The position numbers and the translations under genes are program-made. This document shows, in pieces, positions 38,555 through 49,517 of a DNA stretch of 64,000 nt; within the stretch, counting starts at the first letter, position 1; the number at the start of each line of letters is the position of its first letter. The notes beneath the pieces are model-generated. The model saw only the letters and a program-made list of their open reading frames with translations, had not been told where the DNA came from and made no database searches. Source of the stretch: Welwitschia mirabilis (lineage: Eukaryota); the NCBI GenBank assembly GCA_051453625.1, contig JBOZIK010000001.1, forward strand, positions 28,322,032-28,386,031. Reading direction: 5' to 3'.

Positions 38555-41500
38555 CAGGGTTAAAAACCGATCTGAAGATAACAGTTTTGTAAAAATATCA
38601 GCCAATTGATCTTCTATGCAAACATATTCTAAAGATATTATTCTTCTTTCTACTAATTCATGAATAAAGTGGTACCTGATATCGATGTGTTTGGTGGGAG
38701 TGTGTTAAACTAGATTGTGAGCTATTTGAATGACGTGTGAGTTGTCACACAAGATTAACACTTCCATGATATTCAGCCCATAGTCCTTCAAGGTCTCTTT
38801 CATCCACAAGGTCTAAGTACAACAAGCTCTAGCTGCTATGTACTCTGCTTTGGCGGTAGAAAGAGATAGAGCATTATTTCTTGTTATACCAGGCTGTAAG
38901 ACAATTTCCAAAAAAAAAGCATCCACCGCTTGTGCTCTTGCAATCATCTTTGCATCCAGCCCAATCCACATCGCTATAACCTATTAAGCTTAAAGTAGTA
39001 TCATTTGAAAACCATAAACCAAAATCTAGAGTACTTTTTACATAGCGAAGTATTCTCTTTACAGTGGTAAGATGTGATTCCTTAGGCTTACTTTGATACC
39101 TGGCATACAAACCAACACTAAAGGCTATATCCGGACGACTAGCTGTTAGATATAATAAACTTCCAATAATACTATAATATACTTTTTGATCCATATCCTT
39201 GCCATGTTCATCTAAAGAAAGTTTAACATTTGTGGCCATTGAAGAGTCCATACACTTTGCATTTTCTAGTTTGAATTTCTTAATCAAATCTAAAGAATAT
39301 TTCTCTTGATTGATAAAGATTCCATGTTTGTGTTGCTAAATTTATAAATTGAAAAACATATTTACGAGACCAACCATGTTTATTTCAAATTCAAAACTTA
39401 TGAGTTTGGCAAAATCATTTGACAAGTTTTTATTTGTTGATCCAAAAATAATATCATCAACATAGATTTGCACTAAAATTAAATCATTTTTCAAACCTTT
39501 TGAAACAAAGTTCTATCAATTGAGCCTCTAGAAAAACCATTTTGAAGCAAGAATGATGAAAGCTTTTCGTACCAAGCTCTAGGAGCTTGTTTTAACCCAT
39601 ACAAGGATTTGTTAAGTTTATAGACATATTTAGGATTGTGAGGATTAGAAAAATCTCAAGGTTTCTTAACATAAAATTATTCTTCAATATTTTCATTAAG
39701 AAATGTACTACTTATATTCATTTGAAAGACTTTCATTTTCTTAAAATAGGCAAAAGCTAGAAACATTCTGATTGACTCCAACCTAGTAACCAGAGAAAAT
39801 GCATCTCTACAATGTACTCCTTCTATTTTCGAATACCCTTGAGCCACTAAACTAGTTTTATTCTTTGTAGTTTCATTTTTCTCATTCACTTGGTTTCTAA
39901 AAATCCACTTTGTACCTATGACATTCTTTTTTGTTGGTTTTGGAACAAGAGTGCAAACCTTATTCCTAGTAAATTGTTCAAGTTCATCTTGAATGGAATT
40001 TATCCAATTTGGATCAAAGTCAGCCTCTTCAAAATATTTTGGTTCAATTTGGAACAAAGGAGAGACATGATCACTAAAGTTCTTAAGAGAATTTCTGGTA
40101 ATGATACCTTGCTGAATATTTCCAATAATAGAATCCAAAGGATTATCCTTAAACTTCTTAATTTCTGGAGTTGCTATATCTCTTGATATTTTATCTGTTG
40201 ATTAATAGTACCAGAGGGAATAGGATCTTTATCAAGGTTAATGAATTTCAAAAAATCTGAAATATCATGTATTTTTACATTAATTTATTTTTCCATATAA
40301 AGAGTTCTTTTATTAAAAACTATATAGGCTCTACTAGATTAAGAGTATCTTAAAAAGATTCCCTCATTTGGTTTTGCATCAAATTTTGCTAAATCCTCTC
40401 GATCTTTCAAGATGAAGAATTTACTTCCAAATGTTTTAAAATAAGATATATTTGGTTTCTTACTTTTCCAAAGTTCATAAGGAGTTTTAGAAGTTCCAGG
40501 TCTCAAATAGACTCTATTAGATATATGACATGCCATCTTCATAGCTTTAGCTCAAAATCATTTTGGAATGTTTTTGTCATTTAGCATTACTCTAGCCATA
40601 TCTAGTAAGGTCCGATTTTTTCTTTTAGTTATTCCATTTTATTGAGGGGTTTTACGTGCTAAAAATTCATGGCCAATTCCATTTGAGTTACAATAAATTT
40701 TGGCTCTTTCATTTTTGAATTCTTTGCCATGATCACTTGATATATTTTTTATTATATACCCCTTCTCCATTTGAAGCTTTTTATAAATTTTAACAAAGTT
40801 TTCATAGGCATCAGATTTTGCATGAAGAAAAGCTACCCATGAAAATCTTGAGAAATCATCAACCATAACTAGAAAATATCTTTTTTCAGATAGACTCGTA
40901 ATTTGGATAAGCCTAACTAAATCCATATGAATTAAGGCTAAGTGTTTACAAGTTGTGATATCGTTGACCATTTTGTAAGATGTTCTAGTTTTTTCCCCTT
41001 TTGACAAGCATCACATAGCCCTTTGTGAGAAACAAAGATTTTAGGGAGACCTCTAACTATCTCATCATGACACAATTTCTTCAAAGATTCAAAACTAGTA
41101 TGACCTAAACAGTAATGCTAGATAACGTCATCTTGAGTATGAGATGATAGACATGTAAAGTTATTTGATTGATTTACATAATACATATTTTCATGTCTAT
41201 TTGCTACAAGTAGAGGTTGATTGGTTTTTCTGTGCTTCACAATACAAGAGTTTTCATCGAAAAAGACTTTATGACCATTATCACAAATGTGATTAATGCT
41301 TAATAAATTATGCTTTAAATCATTTACAAATAAAACATTATGAATATTTGATAAATTTACCTCCATCGATGCTTCCAATCCCTTCAATTTGAGCTCTTCC
41401 ATTATCCTCAAATGTGACTTCACCTCCATTGTATTCCTTGAAGCTAACGAAGTTTAACTTGTTACCTATCATATGTCTCAAGCAATCACTATCTAAATAT

Positions 41501-43023
41501 CAACATGAATGATTAGTTGCTTTTAAAGCTATTTGGATCAATAGAATCTTAGTTTTGAACTTGGGAATCCACCTCAAACATTTGTTTCTATTTGTAACAT
41601 GATGAGATTTCTTTGTAAAAGTAAACTTAGATCCTAAAAGGGAGTGTGAAAACCAACTTTTGCTAAAGACACAATCAATCTTAGAGTGATTCTTTTTGTT
41701 ATAATATTGGTAGGTGATATTAGCTAATGAATTCTTAGAATCTGCCTTAGACAAGGGCTTGAAATAAGAGAAGTAATAAGAATTGAAAGAGCTAGGAAAT
41801 GATTTTCTAAAGAATTGATCCTTTATTCTGTAGGAAGTTGATGTAAGGCTATTTTTCAAGTCATTAACTTCCTTTTCTCTAATCTCAAGCTTATCTAGAA
41901 GGAGCTTATTTTCTTTGCTAAGTTGATTTAACCTGTGAGATAGATTTTGGCATTCCAAATATAATTCTAATTTAAAATCATTAAGTGAATCTTCACTAAA
42001 GACTAAATTAATATGAGAAGTAGAACTTACCTTTTCATCGATGATTGCCATGAGAGAGATACCACCATGTTCTGAATCTAAGTTTTATTTACTCTTACTT
42101 TCGTCATTGTCCCATGTTGTAGATAGGACTTTATTTCCCTTTCTTTTGTTATCCTTTCTGTTATTTGGGTAGACATTTGAGGTATAACCAAAATCTTTGT
42201 AGGAATAGCATTGAATCTCATGACGTACTTCATCTTTTCTTCTTGGTGGCCTCCTAGACTGACCTCCACCTTGTCATCTCTGCATGAAGCATCTAAACAT
42301 TTTGATTAAGAGTGCTACTTCATTATCACTTTTTGGTTCTAGATCAGACCCTTTCTTGATTTCGGAAACTTCATGTGTGGAAGATAGTGTCACACTCTTC
42401 TTCTTCTGCTTTCCAAATTTTAGCTCAAAAGTGTGAAGGTTCTCTTAGAGTTCATTGAGTTTCATGATGTTTAGATCCTTACTTTCTTTTATAGTAGTCA
42501 CTTTTGATTTGAACCTTTTTAGTAGAGATCTTAAGGCATTGTGAATCACTCTTGATTCTTCTATTGATTCACCTAAACCATGCATAGAATATATAATATC
42601 TATTAGTTTTGCAAAGAAATCATTTATACCTTCATTGTCTTCCATCTTTACATCCTCAAACTGGGTGATTAGCATTTGAAGCTTAGCCTACTTTACTAGA
42701 TTTGTTCCTTCGTCAGTGGTTTCTAAGATATCCCATGCTTCTTTGGCAGTGGTGCAGTTCACCACTCGTTTAAAATATTCTGTACCTATGGCATAAAAGA
42801 TAGCATCTAGACCTTTGAAGTTGCATGTTGTGGCTTGTTTCTCGTCTAGCATCCATTTGTCCCTACTTTTTGGAATTGCCAACTTGGTAACCAGATCCTG
42901 CATAGTAGGAGAACAATACCCATTAATAATATACTCTCTCATCTTTGCTTTTCAATAATCATAATTCATTCCATCAAAGAAGGGAGGTCTTGTGACAGAG
43001 TTTCCTTCAGTGGTTTGATTCAT
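38555..43023 (-). pseudogene. Copia gag-pol (GAG-PR-INT-RT-RH), broken by stops and frameshifts
   Basis: ORF-track fragments 42688-42942, 42445-42675, 41118-41429, 40639-41007, 40339-40542, 39677-40138 and 38874-39287, in copia domain order. Confidence 0.93.
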
Positions 43024-43074
43024 TTTCTAGGGATGAATGGAGCAAAGATTTGTTAGGATCTAATGCTCAACCTT

Positions 43075-43086
43075 GCTCTGATACCA
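43075..43086 (-). promoter_or_regulatory. Primer-binding site, tRNA-iMet
   Basis: TGGTATCAGAGC on minus strand, 2 nt inside the LTR. Confidence 0.95.
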
Positions 43087-44429
43087 ATTGATAGATGAGG
43101 ATCAACCCTAGAAGGGGGTGAATAGGACTTTTAAAGTTCTGTTTCCTTGTTCTTCATGACCTGCAAAAAAAATAAGTATAAAGTAATACTAAAACAAGGT
43201 ATTTAATGATGGATAGACACCACCCTTCTGCTTTGTAGACCCCTTGTTCTAACTAGCATATATTCACTCACAAGAATGGTTTTTAGGCTCACCAAGTAAC
43301 CTTTCACAACCAATGAGGATTTTATAGCTTATCCTCAACCAAGAACAAATGAAAGAGAGAAGGATGCACTACTGCACAGATGTGATCTCTATGGTTCATC
43401 AATCTTCTTTTTAAGAAAATGCTATGATGCAAGTACAAAAGAAATCTAAACCTTTTTAGATGTTCAGATTGCTAGTAGAAGGTATATCAGTGCTTATTCC
43501 ATCTTTGATTTGACAAGAATAGTATCATTGTCCTCTAGTGTTTAGAGGAAAGATTTTATATTTGAGATGTATCATATGACCATTTCCTCAAATGGAAATG
43601 AACCATTATGATTTTTTGAAGAATCATTGCACTTTTGCTAATGAATCGTTGTATTCATAACAGTTACATTTTTCTATCGCATGATTAACCTTTCGTTATA
43701 TTTAGTCGACCACAAATTTGGTTGCCCTTATTCTAATGTTTGGTCGCCCTTGCTTGTCGTAGATTTTCTCAGTATAGGATATGGTCCAAATTCAGTCACC
43801 CTTGTGTAAATACTCGGTCACCCTTAGTTAGGTCTCCCTTAACATTACTACCTGGTTGACCTTATAAAAGGAGATTTCTGGTAGAACATGATCGTCCGAT
43901 ATCATTTTATGCAGTCGGTCAGATATCCCCCGATTCATGTTCTACTGATTATTATACGGTTGCTCGTATAGTAATTGTTGGTTACCTGTATTACTATCAG
44001 AAAGTTTCTTACTGCGTGTCATGCAGTCGCCCATATGAATAACTATGATCATCCATATTTCTATTAGGTTGGATTTCACTGCATGTGTTTTAGTCGCCCA
44101 TATAAATATCTTCAATCATTTGTCAGTCTATCAGATTATATAAGGCTAGGTAAAATGTGGTCACCCATGTTAGGATGGCAGTTGCCCATGTGTTAACCGG
44201 TCTTCTTTCTGTTTTTAATGTTCAGTCGCCCAGTAAGTCATGTGCGGTCACCCGCTTCTAAAGCAGTATTACAGTTCTTGAACATGCGGTCGCCTGATCT
44301 TATAAATCGGTCGCCCTATGCTGGAGGTTACCTACACAAAAGACTAACTTACAACAACTCATTAAATTAATCAATGACAATGGGTTCTCAACACATTTCA
44401 TTCAAAAAGTAAAAAAAAATTACGTTATG

Positions 44430-47400
44430 ATTCTTTTGTAGACTTAGATAACACTCTTTTTTCAAGTAATGCTAGGTTATTTTTAAGGATAAAAGTGTTC
44501 TTGCAAAAGTTTCATGTCTTGGTTTAAGAGAGAACATGAACCATGTGAGAAATTTTTCAAATTCCTAAAATGTAATCACACTCTTCCTAAATTATATGCT
44601 CTTAAAATTGATGATTGTATTATTAAATATCTTATAACCATTATTAATTTTTAGGTAATCACCTTTCTGTTATTTTTTTCCTTAAAAATTTTTATAGAAA
44701 ATAGCTCAAAGTTACTACTAGATATCTTCATAGGCTTATTAAAAAAATTCTTACTATTCTTAAAAATAAAATTATTTCTTAAGAGATTAAAATGAAAATT
44801 TATTTAGGAAATAGAAAAATCCCTAGATTTTTAGTGATTGTCTTACGAAATTTTGCAAAATCCACTAAGATATTATTGGTAAGGATCCTTTTATGTTTTT
44901 TAGGAAGTTATTCATCAATAGTCTTCAGACAATAGAATTAATATAGATATCATTCTATTCTTCTTAAATAAGATGATCTTTGGATTATTGGAAATCATAG
45001 ATCTTTTACACCTTTGAGTGATGCTTCTAAGATTATTGATTAGATTATTAGAACTAAATAGAATGTCTTTATTAAAGAAAAGTTCATTTTTAGTAATGTA
45101 TTATAGCTTGAAAAGCTTATTAATGGACTAATAATACAAATCAGACATGGATTTAATTAAGTTTGGTTATGTTAAACTCAATTATAAAATTAAATGAGAT
45201 TTCATTATTCCTTTCTTGAAAACATTTCTTCAATAAGTACTTGATTCATTTAGTTAATAAATTATTTGCTATTGCTAATATTAAAGTCACTAAAAATCTT
45301 GATTTGAATTACTTCTTCTTTATCTAGATATTAGTTTGTTATGGTTCTTGTTTAACCTCTTACTTATTTATTATTATTACATAATTTTTTTAAGGATAAA
45401 AGTATTCTGACAAAAATTTCATGTCTTGGCTTAAGAGAGAAGATGAACCATGTGAGAAATTTTTTAAATTCCTAAAATGTAATAATCCTCTTTTTAAATT
45501 ATAGACTTTTAAAATTGATGATTGTATTATTGAATATCATATAACCATTATTAATTTTTAGGTAATTACTTTTCTTTTATTTTCTTTCCTTTAAAACTTT
45601 ATGTAATAAATAGCTCAAAGTTACTAGTAGATATCTTCTTAGGCTTATTTAAAAAAGTACCTTACTATTCTTAAAAATAAAATTACTCCTTAAGGGATAA
45701 AAGAAAGAAAATTTATTTAGGAAATATAAGATTCCCTGTATTTTTTGTGATTTTCTTATGAAATTTTTCAATATCCACTAGAATGTTATTAGTGGGGATC
45801 CTTTTTATGTTTTTTAAAAAGTATTCATCAATAGTGTCTAGATAATAGAGTTAATATAGATATCATTCTATTTCTTCTCAAATAAGATGATCTTCAAATT
45901 ATTGAAAATCAGAGGTCCTTTACACCTTTGAATGATGATTATAAGATTATTGATTAGATTATTAGACCTAAATATAATGGCTTTATTAAAGAAAAGTGTA
46001 TTTTTAGTAACATATTATAGCTTGAAAATATTATTAATGGGTAATGATAATAATGAGGCATAGATTTTATTAAGCTTGGTTATGTAAAAGTCAATTATAG
46101 AATTAAATGGAATTTCATTATTCCTTCCTTGAAAACATTTCTTCAATAAGTAGTTGATTCATCTAATTCATAAATTATTTGCTAATGCTAATATTAAAGT
46201 TGCTAAAAATCTTAATTTGGGTAACTCAGTTTCTATCTAGATATCAGTTGGTTATGGTTCTCCTTTAGCCTATTACTTATTATTATTGTTGCATTTTTTT
46301 TCACATGGTATTTATCAAGATCTTTAATGTAATCTTAGAAAAGGAATTGATTATTCTGTTCTTTACTTACATTATATACAATTTAGAGATAATTATTTGT
46401 TATGATTAACAATAATCCTTAGGATGTGAGTTGGCTACTAGCTCACTTATATGAATATCGCCAAGATTATGTCTTACATAAACTAAAAAAAAACATTTTG
46501 GGTACTATGCTAATAATGTCAAAGATTAGGTTCTTTAGAAGAATTAAAAAAGCTTAGATAAAATAAATTACTATTAAGAATAAGATTTTATTTAAATCTA
46601 ATAACAAGTAGGTATAAAAATGTATTATTAGTAAAGTAGAAAATAAGTTAAATAGGTAGACAGAAAAAAAATCTCACACTCACTAGAAAATTTTTGATAA
46701 TAAACTATGTACTCTAAAATATACATGTTTATTACTCTTCTTGCTAGACTTTCAATAAATTTCTAATTAAAAAATAAATTAAGTTATCGAATGTTTTCTA
46801 TAGTTTAGCAATAAAACAAAGAAAATGGTTTTCTTAGAATAGCTTAAAACAATTTTGGATATAAAAAAGATGGAGTTTTTTGTCTTACTAATTATCATAA
46901 ACAAGAAGCTTCATTATGCTCTAAATGAATAGTAGAATANNNNNNNNNNTTTAGAAATAAAATTAATTAATGAAAACATAAAACTTTATGTATTTAGCAT
47001 GGTTATGGTTTCTTTTACCATGTTTTTTCCCTCTGAAATTATTTCTTTTTCAAGATATTTTTATTCAAAATAATTTTAAAAGTTTTAAAGATTTATTATA
47101 ATTATTGGAAGTACAAGTTATTAAAGTTTCCAAGCTGATGCTTCAATAATTGAATCCTTAGTAGATTTCACTTAATGAAGATCTATGTATTATTGATTCA
47201 CCTAGATTATGTTACACATGAAATAAGTTAGGAATTATTGTGTTTTGTTATCTTCACTTAAATAGAATATGGTTAACTTGGATGGAAGCAAGGAACCTAT
47301 ATAGTCTTAATAAAGCTTTAAAACATAAATATGATAATGGAATTGGATAGACCCTTTATAGTGGATTAAAATTTGTAGGAAGAAAATTTGGTACTTATTT

Positions 47401-47650
47401 TTAATATTTAGAATTTGCTTGTTTGATATGTCGTTTTTGCTATTGAGGATTCTTTTTTACCATGTTATTTTTCATCATAGACTCACTCAGAATTCATGAC
47501 ACTAGACTTTTACTTTTATGTGAATTTTAACTAACCATTATACATATTACTTTTTAAGACTCTTGTAAGATTTATAATTTCCTTCTTCTCATTAATATCT
47601 GTCTTTGAACTTTAGTTCTATATAAAATCTGGAAGGATTTTTATAAAATA
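44430..47650 (+). mobile_element. Second decayed L1-type LINE ORF2 fragment with ~0.9-kb tandem duplication (44480-45390 / 45391-46300)
   Basis: Relics of WDIIGKD, RPLTLLN..YKII, IKL.Y.K...RIKWNFI, SV..GSPLA.YL and QF.DN (~46380). Ends approximate. Confidence 0.7.
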
Positions 47651-48486
47651 ACTTCTAGATTCCTATGGAAAATAAATTTGGGATCAAAGAAAATGCAAAT
47701 TTCAACTATAGTTTCAAGCTAAAAATTAATATAAATGGGGAGAAATTGATATAGTTCTTACATTAGTAACTTAGTCTTTGTTATAGTTTTTTTGATTTTT
47801 GAATGTTGTTTATAAACTTATTCATCTCCAATCCACTTACCTATACTAATGCATTTTTTTTAATAAAATAACTTTTTAGGATCTAATGGCCCCTCTTACC
47901 CCTCAAATATTCCTGAACTTCCCATAAAAATTTAAGTTGTAACTCCTTTCAAACTAGTTTTTAGAAAGCACAGAGTTGTACTTGAGGAAGCACTATGATC
48001 TATGTTACAAATTTTAAATGTTCATTTGTGTAACATGCAACTTAGACAATATTGAGATGGGATTTATATAAGATGAAAAAAGAATTACTTATTTGAAAAT
48101 GTAAAGTTACATCATTATACTTTTTCATATGAATAAATATGCTATGATTGACCTTAGCCTTAGAGAGGGTTGTTACAAGATGAATGTACATAATTTGAAT
48201 GTCTAAATGTTCAAATCCATGGCTTCTTAAATAGAAGACAAAGGTCCTCACTAATTGGACTACCATTTAAATTGTGAATATATGGTGCATCGAAATAGAG
48301 TCAACTATAATGAAAAGTCCTCCAATTTGTTACAAAAATTACATACATAGAGTTTTCTAATACACGTTACAGAAAAGTAAACCACATTTCAAGCATGATA
48401 TGATTAAAGTTTCCAATGGCTACAAGATTTCGAGGAGACAATTCTACTACTTTAGTTTTGTATTATATCCCCAAGTAGACAATATG

Positions 48487-48561
48487 TAATATGAAGGCTA
48501 CATACCGACTTTTAAACCCTCCATAGAAGATTCTTAATATGAAGGCTACATACCGACTTTT
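48487..48561. repeat. Exact 27-bp direct repeat (48487-48513, 48535-48561), each containing TACCGAC (DRE/CRT-like core)
   Basis: taatatgaaggctacataccgactttt occurs twice. Confidence 0.95.
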
Positions 48562-48637
48562 TCATGTTTGACTATATTCTAAGAAAGAAACTTCTTCTTT
48601 GGCTGAAATTGCTTTTTCAACCAAAATTACAGAAACC

Positions 48638-48918
48638 CTAATTTGTACCTATGGAATCGGCTAATTCATCTTCAAGAGCGGCGGAGTCAAATTCAAAACC
48701 GGAAGCCTATGGCTTGCAACTGCTGCGTGTCTAGAGCTGCGTAGAGACGAAGAGACAGAGACAGCAAGGCCGGCATGAGATTTCTTACTATGCCCGCCGA
48801 ACACCTAACCGGAGGGAAACATGATTCCGAGAATCGAAGAGTTATGATAACGCATATACGATTCGTCCGCAATAGTGGAGGAAGATTACAAAATTTCAGG
48901 CTCGACATTACTAAGATT
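48638..48918 (-). pseudogene. Relic C-terminal half of the zinc-finger gene (dead finger 2 and dead EAR motif)
   Basis: In frame with the CDS: NLSNVEPEIL*SSSTIADESYMRYHNSSILGIMFPSG*VFGGHSKKSH ... RLPVLNLTPP; a shifted frame then gives LEDELADSIGTN*. Confidence 0.8.
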
Positions 48919-49485
48919 TTAGCAGAGGCTCGCGTCCAGACGCTGTTGTCGCAACTTCTTTAAACAGCTTGAGCGATGTCCGCCGAGTGCCTTAGAAGAT
49001 GCGAACCTGCGTCCGCACGTGACGCAGTCGAAGTGCCTTTCGGCAGGCCGAGAAGGAGTAAAAAGCGAAGAATATTTCGTCTGTAGCGCCTTAGACTCCT
49101 CCTGAGTCTCGGCTTTAAGAGAAAAGCTTATCAAAGAAGTTCCTGTACTTTCATCTGGCGATCGGATCCCTTCCACTTCGCGTGCTGCCTCCACCAGAAG
49201 CATCAGAGCATCTGAAGCTTGTCTACCTTCTCTGTCACGATAATCATGGGCGTCCGAGTAACAGAGATGATCAGCAGAAGAATCGGCTTCTTGACCTGTA
49301 GAAACAGAAGAGGGAACCGACGACAATTGATCTTCCTGAAAAGAAGGAGAAGGAGGTTGAATTTTTAGCGCTCGTGACCTCTGTCTTTTCGGGAATCCGA
49401 ACTCAAGACGATCCGCCATTCCTGCAATAAGACACTGTTGACCTCTGTCTTTTCGGGAATCCGAAGAATATGAGATACTCTGCAT
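48919..49485 (-). CDS. Intronless plant C2H2 zinc-finger protein, ZAT/C1-2i-like, truncated after finger 1 (likely start ATG 49419)
   Basis: 188-codon open frame in a CpG-rich island; basic box FPKRQRSR, L-box-like DALMLL, finger FDCVTCGRRFASSKALGGHRSSC (QALGGH family). Expression unknown; it could be a pseudogene. Confidence 0.72.
   Translation of the reverse strand: MQSISYSSDSRKDRGQQCLIAGMADRLEFGFPKRQRSRALKIQPPSPSFQEDQLSSVPSSVSTGQEADSSADHLCYSDAHDYRDREGRQASDALMLLVEAAREVEGIRSPDESTGTSLISFSLKAETQEESKALQTKYSSLFTPSRPAERHFDCVTCGRRFASSKALGGHRSSCLKKLRQQRLDASLC
49375..49465. repeat. Exact 27-bp direct repeat (49375-49401, 49439-49465)
   Basis: tgacctctgtcttttcgggaatccgaa occurs twice, 64 bp apart, so the copies are in different frames. 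Confidence 0.95.
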
Positions 49486-49517
49486 CTCTATAAGTACCGT
49501 AACCTAAATGGCGCGAA
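49486..49517 (-). promoter_or_regulatory. Possible core promoter of the zinc-finger gene (TATA-like TTATAGAG; E2F-like TTCGCGCC)
   Basis: Motif resemblance and position ~70-100 bp upstream of ATG 49419 only. Confidence 0.25.

Larger units (their letters stand above)
33450..44393 (-). mobile_element. Ty1/copia element, Sirevirus (SIRE/Maximus) type, with env-like extra ORF; decayed
   Basis: LTRs 33450-34736 and 43089-44393 (TG...CA); TSD ccttt/cattt; iMet PBS 43075-43086; gag from 43023; protease YLDSDCLRHM (~41490); integrase ORFs 40339-41007; RT QIYVDDIIFGST (~39460); C-rich TATTCACCCCC near LTR end; multiple PPT-like tracts; extra ORF after pol. Confidence 0.93.

Noticed and set aside
48805-48921. 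TAA/TAG read as Gln (variant code) or U-to-C editing restoring a full-length zinc-finger protein
   Set aside because: Finger 2 has also lost both Cys and the EAR Asp, the 5' half uses only normal Gln codons, and plant U-to-C editing is known from organelles. Decay explains it better.
48693-48963. ORFs 48693-48908 (-) and 48775-48963 (+) as separate genes
   Set aside because: Alternative frames over the GC-rich zinc-finger relic, with no recognisable motif.
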